The position numbers were made by a program, and so were the translations under genes. A DNA stretch of 64,000 bases from Eledone cirrhosa. Its lineage: Eukaryota. The notes under the pieces were generated by a model. That model saw nothing but the letters and a program-made list of their open reading frames with translations. It did not search any database and had not been told where the DNA came from. The stretch is from assembly GCA_964016885.1 (NCBI GenBank), contig OZ024740.1, positions 268,026,001 through 268,090,000 of the forward strand, in the 5' to 3' direction. Shown here in pieces: positions 11,677 to 24,674 of the stretch. Position 1 is the first letter of the stretch, and each line of letters begins with the position of its first letter.

Positions 11677-14600
11677 TATGTATGTTCTTCTGGTTTTATA
11701 ATTTCACAAAGTTTTACCAATAGAGAGAGAGAGTCGGTTTCTAACATAGACACAAGAATCTCTCATTGGAATTTACACAACATCAACTAGGTAGATATGT
11801 ATGTCTGCATGCATGCATGTGTAGATATGGATGTTATTGTATGTGTGGATGTGGATGTTTTGAGTTGTATGTGTGCATGTGTATATGCTTTGTATCTGTA
11901 CATGTGTATATGCAGTTATTAGATGCAAAATTTTTGGAATGTTTTACATATTTTTACTGTTCCATTAATGGATTGTACTTGTAATTTCCTAACTAGTTGT
12001 GTTCTTTCTGTTCCTGTGAAGCCCAGCTGCTCAAGATTTGTATTGAGGCAGTTACTAACATATCCCAGTGCCCCAATAATCACAGGCATAAATCTGAAGG
12101 TGTAATCAGGGTGGAGTATCTGCAGATTTCTCATCAGTTCTGCATAAATAGTCTCCTTTTCACTAATCTTTGATATTATATTGGCATCTGCTGGGTAGCT
12201 AATTTCCACTACTGTGCATGTTTTCTTCTCCCTGTCCCATATCATAATATCTGGTCTGTTATGCCTGCATTTTATTGGGGTTTTTAATGGAACATTCCAC
12301 CAGTACTCTTTCATATTATGTATATGTATGTCTTCCACATTGTTGTAGCTTTTAATGTGTTTATTATCGGGGCTATCTTTTTTACGAACTGCATTGCACA
12401 GTGTTTTGGCCACTACATCATGCCTCATAGGTAGATAGTACCGCGATGACATCTTTGGGCAGCTGCTCATGACATGGGTGATATCCTCGATGTTAGTTCT
12501 GCAGAGTCTGCACTTGTTATCACATCTAGGTGTTTTGCCTGCATCCCTATCTCTTTTGTGAATCAGGTATTTCGTGCTAATCTCCTGTTCTTGGATTGCA
12601 AAAGCGTATCCTTCAAAGTGGGAGCCAATATAGCGGTTGTTGGTCCAAGATAGACTACTTTCCTTATCTATATTACTCTTACTCTGGAGCTTCCTGGCAA
12701 CATATCCATGCATGATTTTTTGCTGATAGGCATGCACTTTTTCATCCATGGAGTCACTGCGATACTGCTTAGCGACTTCCCTGGGTGTGAGTTTTTGATT
12801 ATCACACAGGGAATATCTCTCAAGGAGTTCCTTCCCAACTCTCATGATCTTATCTGTTTCATGCAGATAGACTTGCTCGAGAAGCGGGCTCCTACGCTTC
12901 GAGGTTCGTAGATGTTGTCGGAGAGATATGATGCGACATTCAAATGTTGTCTGGACTGATGTTAGGCCTCTGCCTCCCTGCTTACGTTTCAAGTAAAGGC
13001 GGTCTATGTCACTGTAGATGTGGAAGTTTCCGGTGTTGTTCAGTATTTTTCGAGTTCCAACATCAACTGCTCGGATTTCGTCTATCGTCCAATTGAGTAT
13101 TCCAAACGTTGGTGTTAGGACAGGTACAGCAAACACATTGTGAGCCACTGTTTTGTTTTGCGCAGAGAGTTCCGATGACCAGATCTTTCTTAATCGGGTG
13201 TAGTATTCCCTGGTTACGCGTTCTTTATTACAGATACCATTATAGGATATGTTCTCATCTATCCCCAGGTATCTGTAGCAGTCCTCATCAGATATCGGTG
13301 AAACAGTTAGGCCATTGATGACAATGTTGCTAGATTTGGTTGTTGTTTTTCCCCGCTTTACAGTCATGTATGAGCATTTATCTTGGCCAAAATCCATTCC
13401 TATATCCTTTGAGAACGTTGTAACCAGGTCAAGATTTTTCTTCATCCCATCCATGTTCTTGGCATAGAGTTTCAGATCGTCCACAAAGAAGTTATGGGTT
13501 AGGTTCGTATTTCTGTCCTCCTGTGATGTACCCCTCACATTTCTTGAGCAGAAAGGACAAGGGGTTTAATGACAAGATGAACAATATCACAGAGAGACTG
13601 TCCCCCTGAAATATACCCCTGCAATATTTTATTTTATCAGTGAAAATAGAGTCCTCCCTCTCTGTCTTTAACCTTAGGGTAGTAGCCCAAGAAGAAGACA
13701 GCCTCTCTATGGCTCTGACAATAATGTCTGGGATTTAGCAAGTTGGAGGGCCTCTATCATCCAAGAGTGTGGAACAGAATCGAAAGCTTTCCTGTAGTCC
13801 AGCCAGACTGTAGTCATATTCCTCCTAAGTTGTTGCACCTCCGACATCGCAGTTTTGTTGATTAGGAGATGTTTAGCACATCCCCAAACCCTTTTCTTTC
13901 CAGCTGCTTGTTCATCTGTGATGATGTTATTATTTTCACAGTAATCTTGGAGGAATAGGTTGAGGCAGGCTGTATACATCTTATACATCAGGTTCTGGCA
14001 TGCAATGGGTCGGTAGTTTTTTGCCAAGTGGGTGTCTTTGTTCTTGGGGACCAGTAGCGTTTGTGCTAATGTCAACTATTCTGGTATAAGTGTATCTCCC
14101 TTAAGAACTTGTTGGTAGAGGTCAGTAAGATACCTCCGATAGAATATTAGTTTTTTGTACCAGTAGCCGACAATCATATCTCTTCCTGGTGTTTTCTTAT
14201 GTTGGAGTTTTCCTATCACAGTCTCAAGGGTACCCTCACTTATTTCGTATGTTTTTGTTGTAGTGTAGGAGTAATAGTTCTTTCGGATTTCTCTCAGCCA
14301 CACTGCATCTTGGTTGAAATTCTTCTTTTCCCCCCATATTTTTCTCCAAAAGGAATCGATGTCTTTCTGGGATGGGGCCTCAGTGACACTTATTATTTTG
14401 CCCTTCATATCTCTATAGACTGATGTTTGGTTTCGTCTGAATCTTTTATTAAGCATTTTCTCTCATCTACCTTCTTCAGCTATCGGCATTTTTCGCTAAC
14501 AGCTCTCAATTCTTGTTTGAGGGTGATCAGCTTATATTGGAGAGTTCTGGTTCTACTGTTACCAAACATCGTCTCTATTTTATTTTTCACTCTTTGTTGG

Positions 14601-15790
14601 TGAGGAGTGAGGTTTTTGTGTGTTTGTTTGCATGTAAGGGGCATTATCACATGTCCTATGTTTTTTTGTAGGTCAGCACTCTTTTTTTCTATTTTAGTTA
14701 TATATGATGGTATTTTTGGTGGTGTTTGTTCTTGTTAATATCTCTGCTATCACCAAGATAATGCTTCACTGTCATTGCTCAGGTATATAAACAGGCGTTG
14801 ATTTGCCAAAATGTTGGGGTTTTTATCAGTCGTAAATATTCATCCCCTATTTACTCAATAACACGTAGTATTTCATTATTTGGTTTTTTATTCACCATTG
14901 TCATTTTAACACGTTCGGCCAGAGAGATATTTATACATGAGTTAATTTCTCTCTGGAAGATTTCGTTGAGGGAAATTTTCAATTGTTTATACTTTTGATT
15001 ATCATTATCGATAGTATTTTCCACAACAGTCGAGGTAGACTCGGATAGTATACGTGGTTTCACATTTATTCGATTATTATTATTATTTCTTCGATTATTA
15101 TTATTATCGATAGTGTTTTCCCCAGCATTCGAGGTAGACTTAGATGGTACAGGCATAGTTGTTTCAAGCCGCTGTTCGACCTGGCTGCTAGGAAGTCTAG
15201 TAGCATGGCGACCTGTAGCACGTGTTGTTGATTCCATGTTTGTTGTGGGGGACTTACAATTAATAATATTTATCTTATTTTTACGTTCAAGAAACGTCGC
15301 TTGTTGGCGTAATTGTTTCGCTGTGAAATAATTTAGCTCTGGGTGCATTTCGTCCCAGTGTAGCTTCATTCTATTCATATAGCCAATGGAGGGATTGTTT
15401 TTTGCCATTTTATAACAATTAAATAAATCACTATTAAGTTCGCAACTCCAAGAGAAATGCGATTTATAATTTCGGTTTCTTCTGTAGCTACAACTGAATA
15501 AAGTTTGATTACCTTCTTTGTTATTTGTCTTCGATACTTCCTTAATTTTCTTGTTGATGTTGTGTTCAGCCATGCTGTTTGTAGCAAATCCTTGTAAAAT
15601 GAATTATGTATTTAGTCGGATATCTCTACGAATTCGAATAAAAGGTGTCTTCAGAAGGGATAGTTAGAAGAGTAAACAGTTATTCAACCTGGCTGTAGTT
15701 GTGGCATTACTGTCGGATATATTATTCATCTTAAATTTAATAAATAGTCTCCCACGCCAAAATATGCGACTGATCGCGTTGACTGATGGA
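11677..15790 (-). mobile_element. Near full-length R4/Dong-like RLE non-LTR retrotransposon (disrupted single ORF, about 15573 to 11919)
   Basis: N-terminal WS.ELN.DL..CY...GYM.RM...W motif, RT motifs YRPIAC, WLDYRKAFDSVPH and FFVDDLKLY, knuckle CRLC...EDITHVMSSC, RHD, and RLE RPDIMIWD...VEIS.P. The 3' end abuts (CATA)n. Confidence 0.92.
11919..13538 (-). pseudogene. C-terminal RT, zinc knuckle and restriction-like endonuclease ORF fragment (539 aa)
   Basis: ORF track. Separated from the upstream RT segments (13707-14456) by frameshifts and stops. Confidence 0.9.
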
Positions 15791-15792
15791 AT

Positions 15793-16432
15793 ATGTATGT
15801 ATGTTCTTCTGGTTTTATAATTTTACAATTTTTTTCCCCGATAGAGAGAGAGAGTTGGTTTCTAACTTAGACACAAGACTCTCTCATTGGAATTTACACA
15901 ACATCAACTAGGTAGATTATGTATGTATGACTGCATGTATGTGTAGATATGGATGTTACTGTATGTGTATGTTTTGAGTTGTATGTGTGCATGTGTATAT
16001 GCTTTGTATCTGTACATGTGTATATGCAGTTATTAGATGCAAAGTTTTTGGAATGTTCTACATATTTTTACTGTTCCATTAATGGATTGTACTTGTAATT
16101 TCCTAACTAGTTGTGTTCTTTCTGTTTCTGGGAAGCCTAGCTTCTCAAGATTTGTATTGAGGCAGTTACTAGCATACCCCAGTGCCCCAATAATCACAGG
16201 TATAAATCTGAAGGTATAATCAGGGTGGAGTATCTGCAGATTTCTCATCAGTTCTGCATAAATATTCTCCTTTTCACTAATCTTTGATAGTATATTGGCA
16301 TCTGCTGGGTAGCTAATTTCCACTACTGTGCATGTTTTCTTCTCCCTGTCCCATATCATAATATCTGGTCTGTTATGCCTGCATTTTATTGGGGTTTTTA
16401 CTGGAACATTCCACCAGTACTCTTTCATATTA
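15793..16432 (-). mobile_element. 5'-truncated second copy of the Dong-like element, head-to-tail with the first
   Basis: Highly similar to 11677-12320 (RLE domain and 3' UTR). Both ends lie in (TATG)n. Confidence 0.92.
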
Positions 16433-16459
16433 TGTATGTATGTATGTATATATATATAT

Positions 16460-16720
16460 GTATTCCAGTACAACCTGTCTCATGGTCGGGTCGTTGGCGA
16501 CTAAACTGGCAACCCCACCAAGGTTTCTTGGTGAGGAGAGTGACTTTGGACATCCTGCAGGACTAAAAACCAAACCTGTCAAAGGGCAAAGGAGCTCATA
16601 AGAGTCAATGGCCATCCAAAATCACCGGGAGAGATGACCCCTTAGCCTTTGTCAAGGCAAAATTCTAGAAGGAAAACTCTGATATAACACCTGCAACCCT
16701 GATGGTATCCAATGATGTTG
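16460..16720 (+). mobile_element. Probable RTE-type LINE 5' UTR remnant
   Basis: GC-richer segment containing AGAAGGAAAACTCTGA...ACC, which resembles RTE 5' regions. No ORF. Confidence 0.35.
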
Positions 16721-17320
16721 ACTTGTTATTCTTTTTGGTAAATATCATCTTGGTTAAGAGAGTGGGACTGGCTTTGTGCAGTGCCTTTGCTCACTATAAA
16801 AGCTTCACGGCACAGGCATTGCTTTATATCTGGAGATCTCCCTTTACTTGTCGTCACATGGTACCATGGGCCCAGCACTATGTGTCAATAATTGTCACAA
16901 GCGTAGTGTTTGTACCAGAGTTTTCAAGTCGCTGGCTGGACTAAAAAGTTACGCTCGTAGGGGTTCGGTAGGGGTTCTCCTACATGGATATAAAGTAGTG
17001 GCCGTACTCGAAAAGGAGTTGGCAGCCACCATATATATATATATAAATATACGGAACCATGTCCATTACGAGCTGAGGATCCGCTAAGGTGAAACAACTG
17101 TATATATATATATATATATAGTGGTTCTTGATGATTTCTCACGAATGAAACAGTTCTAGTCCTGTAGAAGATTTTCTACATTAAAGCATTTATACTCTGC
17201 TATGTATTGAGTACATTACTTACTGTGGTTACCCCCGATTCAACCTGGAATAACTTATATATATATATTATTATAAAATAACAGGAGGCTGGACTGGTGT
17301 AAATCCTTGAAAGGTTTATT

Positions 17321-17386
17321 ATACTATGATCATATGACCATTTCAATGACCGGGTTCCGTATGAATCCGGTGATATCATCAGGTAT
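17321..17386 (-). ncRNA. Type I hammerhead ribozyme
   Basis: ATAC-CTGATGA-TATCACCGGATTCATACGGAACCCGGTCATT-GAAA-TGGTCATATGATCATA^GTAT, with a near-palindromic stem III. Confidence 0.75.
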
Positions 17387-17509
17387 TCGAAATATAATAA
17401 ATGAATGTAACAGGTAAAATCCATGGTGAGCTGCTTTACGTTGAGTACTCTCCATATTATTACATCAAGATTGACCATACGGATTTGTCCAGTGGTGAAC
17501 CTTCAAACC

Positions 17510-17575
<66 letters not shown>

Positions 17576-17578
17576 GTG

Positions 17579-17632
<54 letters not shown>

Positions 17633-17635
17633 GTG

Positions 17636-17673
<38 letters not shown>

Positions 17674-17678
17674 CCGTG

Positions 17679-17781
<103 letters not shown>

Positions 17782-19019
17782 TGTTATACAATGGAAGAAT
17801 GAGAAAAATCAAGGCAACACAGATGATCGTTTGTTTTAAAATCGTTTCAGTGAACAAAGCCCTGGATATGCACACTAATCGATGTTAGTTATATTATTCG
17901 ATATCACCACCCTCGAAAATGCGCATCACATGGTGGTTTTGAATGTACAGTAACAACAGTTCCGATTAACGTGGGAAGATGGATAACCTAACGACCCCGA
18001 TGGGTCAAACACGTTTGATAAAATGGTTAAATGATGGAGAGGAATTTGGGTGCCTCCTCACCATGTCCTTCTCACTTTATCCTGTATTTATGGTTTCTTC
18101 TTCCTTTTCTGTTCCCTTTAGTAGTGTGTTTCTTTTTATTAGATATTGCTAAATTATTTTTGTATAATGTCAATGGACTTTCATGACATTGTGATATTTG
18201 GGAAAGTGAATAAACCCAAATTCATCTCCAGCATTGTTGTCACTGAGTTGACATTTGATCTCCATTGTTCCCCCATCGATGCCCTCTCATCGTACTTTTG
18301 ATATAAGGGTTTTGTTGATTAAGGTTTCGTTTGCACATCCTAGATTCATTTCTTAGCTGCTTGTTTGTCTGTAATGATTGTCTTACTATCACAATGGTTC
18401 CTGTAAAATAGATTCAGACAGAATATATATATATATTTATAATACATTCTAGCATTCAATTTTGCGGCAATTCTTTCACATGTGTGCAACTTTGTTCTTT
18501 AATATCAGATTTGTTTTTCAATTTTATTGGCGAGAAATGAAACTATTCATGTTTACATTCTGATGGTCTTCGACAGAACAACGTTCTTTCTGTTTCCAAA
18601 TTCACAAATACATGATGATGTTTTGGAGAATGGTTTGTGTTTGTTTAGTTATTTAGTATCTTTCACGGCACTGCTTAACTGTAGTGGAACTGGAATTCAA
18701 ACGCATTTATTTGCAAAAGGTGTTTCATTACATTTTGTAAATATTCTCTCCTTATATCGTTATTTGCTGTCAACATCAGATCTATAGATTTCTTACCAGT
18801 GTTAGTTAAACATGGCCTGTCTTGTAGCCGTAATATAGTAGTAACAAACCAAATATGTCATAAAGAATACCTTTTGATATGTTTATACTCTTCCTTTCTC
18901 TCATTCGATGATTACACGTATTTTTGTGGCTGCTACTAAAGTTGATTGAAACCATATGTGAACAGTCAGTCTTACTATGAGTTGACATAGTAGCTGTCTC
19001 TGACAGGAACTGTCACATA

Positions 19020-19230
19020 ATGATTTCTGATTTAGGCACAACGCCAATAATTTTGTGAGAGAGGAAGGTCGATTAAATCAACCCAGTGCATTACTGCTAC
19101 TATATTTTATCGACCCCGTAAGGATGAAAGGCAAAGTTAACCTCCACGGGATTTGAACTCAGATCCTAAAGAGCCGTAACTCTATTCCGCAAAGCATGTC
19201 AGACGTTGTACCGAGAGCGCCAATCCACCA
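19020..19230 (-). mobile_element. tRNA-derived SINE
   Basis: Reverse complement of the SINE consensus. Confidence 0.85.
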
Positions 19231-19420
19231 CTTTCAATGTGGTGTGATAAGACAGGGTTACGTATTCTATATACAAAACCATCTTTCTAAAGAGTGTTTT
19301 TGAATTGTTGTCAGTTTTAGGAATACAATTAAAGTGTGACATGTGGAACATAGTATTAAACGGCAAGCAAGTCAGTGCATAATCCCATGCCTACCGCATG
19401 CAACCATTCATAACGGCAAG

Positions 19421-19467
<47 letters not shown>

Positions 19468-19614
19468 CTGTCGAAATAGCTGGAGCTCAGCCGTCGGGGT
19501 CCTTAATCTTTTCATATTACTACCCAAAATATCGAGTGCTCTGGTGGGTTATGATCCACCTGGTATTTTACCACACCCTATCTGATCTCTATATATATAC
19601 ACACATATATATAT

Positions 19615-19659
<45 letters not shown>

Positions 19660-19662
<3 letters not shown>

Positions 19663-19867
19663 ATAATAATAAATTTGAAGACTAAAATCCAAAGAGGGCT
19701 CAATAAGGATAAATATATATCAAATATATAAGAACCGTAGACAAATATTTATTAAAATAACAGATTAAAGTTTAAGCAAAGAATCGCTGCTTTCACCCTT
19801 AACGGGATCTTCTGAAACTAAGGGTGAAAGCACCGATTCTTTGCTTAAACTTTAATCTGTTATTTTA

Positions 19868-19873
<6 letters not shown>
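19660..19873. mobile_element. PLE-like terminal module with foldback (19746-19873)
   Basis: Arms of about 55 bp around an HHR-like core. Related fragments at 1-33, 2657-2752 and 42430-42525. Flanked by (TA)n. Confidence 0.6.
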
Positions 19874-19907
<34 letters not shown>

Positions 19908-20088
19908 GATACATAGACAGAGAAAGCATTAAGCGATACTCCGACCAACTCCATCTCACTCAACAAACATTAGGATATACCTAAGTATTATCCAAATTTA
20001 GTGTTTGGGGTGCTAACTAATCAGTATTTCGTGGATAGTTGGTTGTATTATTTTATATGAGACATTATTAAATAAATATCTCTTTCCT

Positions 20089-20212
20089 TCCAGACCGCCG
20101 TTTCGTCATAAGATTTCTACAATTTGGAATAAATAATTTCCAGGTTATGTAGAAACTTGTATATAATCCATAGTTTTATACACAAGCGGGCTCTTATAAA
20201 CTCATCAGTGGA
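20089..20212 (-). ncRNA. Type I hammerhead ribozyme with a large branched stem II
   Basis: TCCA-CTGATGA-GTTTATAAGA...TCTTATGAC-GAAA-CGGCGGTC^TGGA. Confidence 0.75.
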
Positions 20213-20429
20213 TGCCCAAATAATATCGATATAAGAATTATATCGACACTAATAGAATGGTGATGGTCTCCCTCAGCGCTAAGAAGAGACTGGTAGATTA
20301 GAAAATCCAGCAGTCCTCCCAAAGATAAAATACACGCTGTCCCCCAAGGGCAAACGGAGGTCATCTTAAAATAAAACAAAATAGACGCTGGTCATTTAAA
20401 CCTATTAGGTATTAACCACGTGTATAAGA

Positions 20430-20468
<39 letters not shown>

Positions 20469-20497
20469 ATACTTGGGGAGGGTCATATTTGTGTAAT

Positions 20498-20676
20498 AAT
20501 TGTTTCTACTTTAGGCACAAGGCCAGCAATTACCCAGTGCATTACTGGTACTTTATTTTATCGACCCCGTAAGGATGAAAGGCAAAGTTAACCTCGGCGG
20601 GATTTGAACTCAGATCGTAAAGGGACGTAACTATGCTGGAAAGCATGGCGTCCGACCCTCTACCGATACTGCCAAT
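20498..20676 (-). mobile_element. SINE with target-site duplication GTGTAATAAT, inserted in a repeated module
   Basis: GTGTAATAAT at 20491 and 20679. The uninterrupted host module is seen at 27350-27440. Confidence 0.9.
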
Positions 20677-20736
20677 TCGTGTAATAATATTGCCAGAATT
20701 AATAGCAGAACACACTCACTGTTTGGTTGGTTTTCG

Positions 20737-20931
<195 letters not shown>

Positions 20932-21803
20932 TTGTGTGTGTGCGTACTCACACGCGTATGTTTACATGTTTGTATGGTTGGGCTTCTATGTATATCTATA
21001 TATGTGTGTATTTGTGTGTGTGTGGAAGAGACGGAGTATACTATAATGTACGGATGCGTGTAAATGTGTGTATACATTTATATAGACTAATACACATGTA
21101 TGTCTACCTCATTTAATAGTCATGCTTACTAAATTGATTTTCTCTTCCACCATAAATAAACCATGGCACCTCTACCTCCTAAATTTAATTTATTACTTCA
21201 TACGCCGACAGCAAATCGAACCACATGCTCCGATTTACAATCACGAATCTTCTTATCATTTGACCAGTCTAAGCAAAACACCGAATCTTTAAACCTATCT
21301 CACCTCCTCTACACATGATATCTCATGGGAATTCAAAAGTACACGACATTACAAATCTTATACGCTTTACAATTATTTATTTCAATATTTTATTGTTTTA
21401 ATTTTCTTATTACGCTACTTGATTGACTTTTATTACTTCTTCCTTATTCTATAAATATCAAGCTTTCTGGCTCTAATCTACCCTAGCTACAGTACTCCTA
21501 CCCTCGATATTCTTGATTTTACTTATGTTTCTAATCTTCCAAATCTTATAACTTCCATTATTTATGGTAATATTCTTATTATAATAACTTTGTTTCTGTC
21601 TTATTACCATATTTGTAGTATTTCTATCACTCCTATATATTTATATTTATAGCTATATTCATAGCTATATTTATATTTATATTCATATTTATAGCTATAT
21701 TTATTTTGCTTCTAAATTAGCATTTTTCTTGTACAGGTTGATATGATATTGACGTTGTGCGGTTTATTCAGTGAAGATTCTCAGCTATAAATACACCCAA
21801 ACG

Positions 21804-22155
21804 TATTCTCGTGTCCCAAATAATAGAGGGGTGATGGAATAAGCGGAGGTGGTGAGGTGGAAAATCGATAATTTTTCTAGGTTGTCTCCCTTGATAATTT
21901 AAAAAACAGAATTAGTCGTCTGGTTTACATATTGGGACCCTAAACCATCCTATTTATTTTATAACGTTTGTGATTTCTTGTAATGTCCTACATTTTTTGT
22001 CATCTATAATGTTCTTAATGTATAAAGAAAATTGATTATCGCAGGAATACTATCACTTAGAATAAAATTTCGCCGGAGAGATTAGCAAAATCGGGGGGTG
22101 GGGATAAGAGCGGGGTATGGTAGGGGTGGGGTCGATTATTCGGGACCTGAGAGGA
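21804..22155. mobile_element. MITE with imperfect terminal inverted repeats
   Basis: TATTCTCGTGTCCCAAATAAT at the left and ATTATTCGGGACCTGAGAGGA at the right. Confidence 0.55.
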
Positions 22156-23091
22156 GATTATCACTAATCGCACGATAAATCGGAACCGCAGAGCATCAAT
22201 AGCGACTCATTCAAATCTGATTCGAATAAGATTTCAAGGCCAAAGTTAAAACCCACCAGCAAACATGGGAGTTTTGGTGTGCAGAAGTTTATTAGCAAGA
22301 GAAACATTCCTCTAGAAGTTTATGAAAATATTCTCTTTTAATTGTCATCATTCACTTTATGTGCAAATACATCACACAACAACATTGATACACCTGAAGC
22401 TTAATGGCTTGGCCTTTACTGGGTTTCGTAATTATTCACATGGGTTATATCTACAAAGTCAAGTCATTTCATGACTCAAAGTGTTGGATGGGCAATAGTT
22501 GATGCGAGCAGAGTTCCGGATGGAATGTCCGTAAGATGTACCATCCCGCTGCAAGAATCTTGTGAATCTTTTATCTAGAATTATCTAGAATGAAAGATCT
22601 AACAATATGTAAAGGATTCCAAGACTAAGGTTTTAAATCCTTGCTGAAACGCTGAGATATGCTACAACCAGCATATAGTCTTTGAGAGTATTCCCTCCTC
22701 GGTCAGGCGTACAACGAAGCCTGGGATAATAGCTGACCAAAATGTGATTATTAGTTCGTTTACAATGATTGGGAATCATTCTTTTAAAATATTTATTTTG
22801 ATAGGACTATTCAAATTATCCTAATGAAGAAGGGAACACATCGCCATTTTGTGTTAGATGATTACATAAAACACTGCAGTTGTGAATTTTTGTATTTATA
22901 TCATATCATATTAATTTTAATGGCGTAGATATTAAATAGAATCACATGATTTTCATCAAATATGTATTTCTAACTCCTTTGATTCTATCAACGTGACTTA
23001 AAAATGCAACATTCTTTCACACATTTTTTGTTGTTGCATGAAATATTAGTCTTACTTTTCAGTTGAGAGGCAGGTAGGTAGATGGATGGAT

Positions 23092-23180
<89 letters not shown>

Positions 23181-23278
23181 CTCTAAAAAGCCTAGTCTTC
23201 GCGGGTTTGAGAAAATATCAGATTGGTGTCTGGCGCGAATAAGACCACTGAAACTGCAATACAAATATTTTTTATCAT

Positions 23279-24330
23279 TTACTAGCATTAAAGCCCGGCG
23301 TTGCTCGGGGTCATTAAGTTACCAAAGTTAGGTTGCACCACCCATTTTATGGCACCACTTTTTTGTCTGCCAGGCACTGGGTGAATGAATTGCAGACCTG
23401 GAAGCAGGAGCTGCGCCAGCAGTGACAATTGTAGTTTCGCCTATGGATATTATCTCTGTGAAAAAAGTGTTGAAATTTATTGTTTCACAGTACTTGCGCA
23501 ACACGCGCGTAGACGATGCCAGCCGAACAGCAGAGCTGCAATGGAGTTGTTCTGCATGGTTGTCTGTGTGTTTTCTAAATTTAAGACAGTAGGGAGGGTT
23601 GTGATATGAGGGAGAGTTAGCTGTTGTTTCTAGCAGGTTTAGTGACCTCATAGAGGATATGTGTTTTCTAAATTTAAGACAGTACGGAGTGGTGTGATAT
23701 GGGGGAGAGTTAGCTGCTGTTTCTAGCAGGTTTAGTAACCTCATAGAGGATATGTGTTTTCTAAATTTAAGACAGTAGGGAGTGGTGTGATATGGGGGAG
23801 AGTTAGCTGCTATTTCTAGCAGGTTTAGTGACTTCATAGGATATTATTGTTTATCATTATCTATAAAAGGCACATTGTTGTTGTTGTTGTTGAAGTGAGT
23901 GTGTGTTTGTATGCGTTTGGAAAAGAGGTTTTAAAAAAGATTTATCGCTTGTTGTTGAATAAATGTATCTGTATAAAAGAGAAAGTAGCAAAATGTGTGG
24001 GTTGTAGTTAGAGGTAAGCAGATGATATGAGAGAGTAAAACGGACAGTATCACCATCAAGCTTGGAAAGAGAAATTAGCAGAAAGTATGAAGTTGTATAG
24101 ATTTTGAATGGTAGTGGAAAGAGTTTAGCAGTTTAAATGACAGAGAAAAATGGTAAAATATTGAGTTTTATCTATTTTTTGCGTAATTGTGGGTGAAATT
24201 GAAAAAATTATCTGTGCCAAGACGCAATCGAAGCTATTTCGAATACTGAATTGTAAATTTCAATTGAAGAAATTCTATATCGTAGATTTCTATAAGAAAG
24301 GAGCATGACCACACACTGAGCTTTATAGAT
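23279..24330 (+). mobile_element. Non-autonomous Helentron/Helitron-like element with an internal 90-bp tandem repeat x3 (23566-23840)
   Basis: Starts TT-ACTAGCA followed by the hairpin CCCGGCGTTGCTCGGG and ends CTTTATAGAT. Internal minisatellite. Confidence 0.6.
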
Positions 24331-24553
24331 TATGATTTTGTTTTGACCTGTTTAGTTTGATTTGGTTTTTGGCTTGGGTGGTTAATGCCTCTTTGACCAG
24401 CTTTTCAGTTTTGTTTGGCTTCTTAAAACATTGTTTAGCTCTGGTTTTTAACTATTGCGCACTTTACCAGTATCATTTCTGATTTTTGCGTTTCGCTTCG
24501 CTTTTCCTGCCCGCCGAAATGCGATTCTCGCTGAATCTTTATTTGTATATAAA

Positions 24554-24584
<31 letters not shown>

Positions 24585-24603
24585 GCAGATAGAGGAATAG
24601 AGT

Positions 24604-24674
<71 letters not shown>

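Noticed and set aside
15590-15790. Expected HDV-like ribozyme at the 5' end of the R4/Dong-like element
   Set aside because: I could not build the nested double pseudoknot by eye. A covariance-model search is needed.
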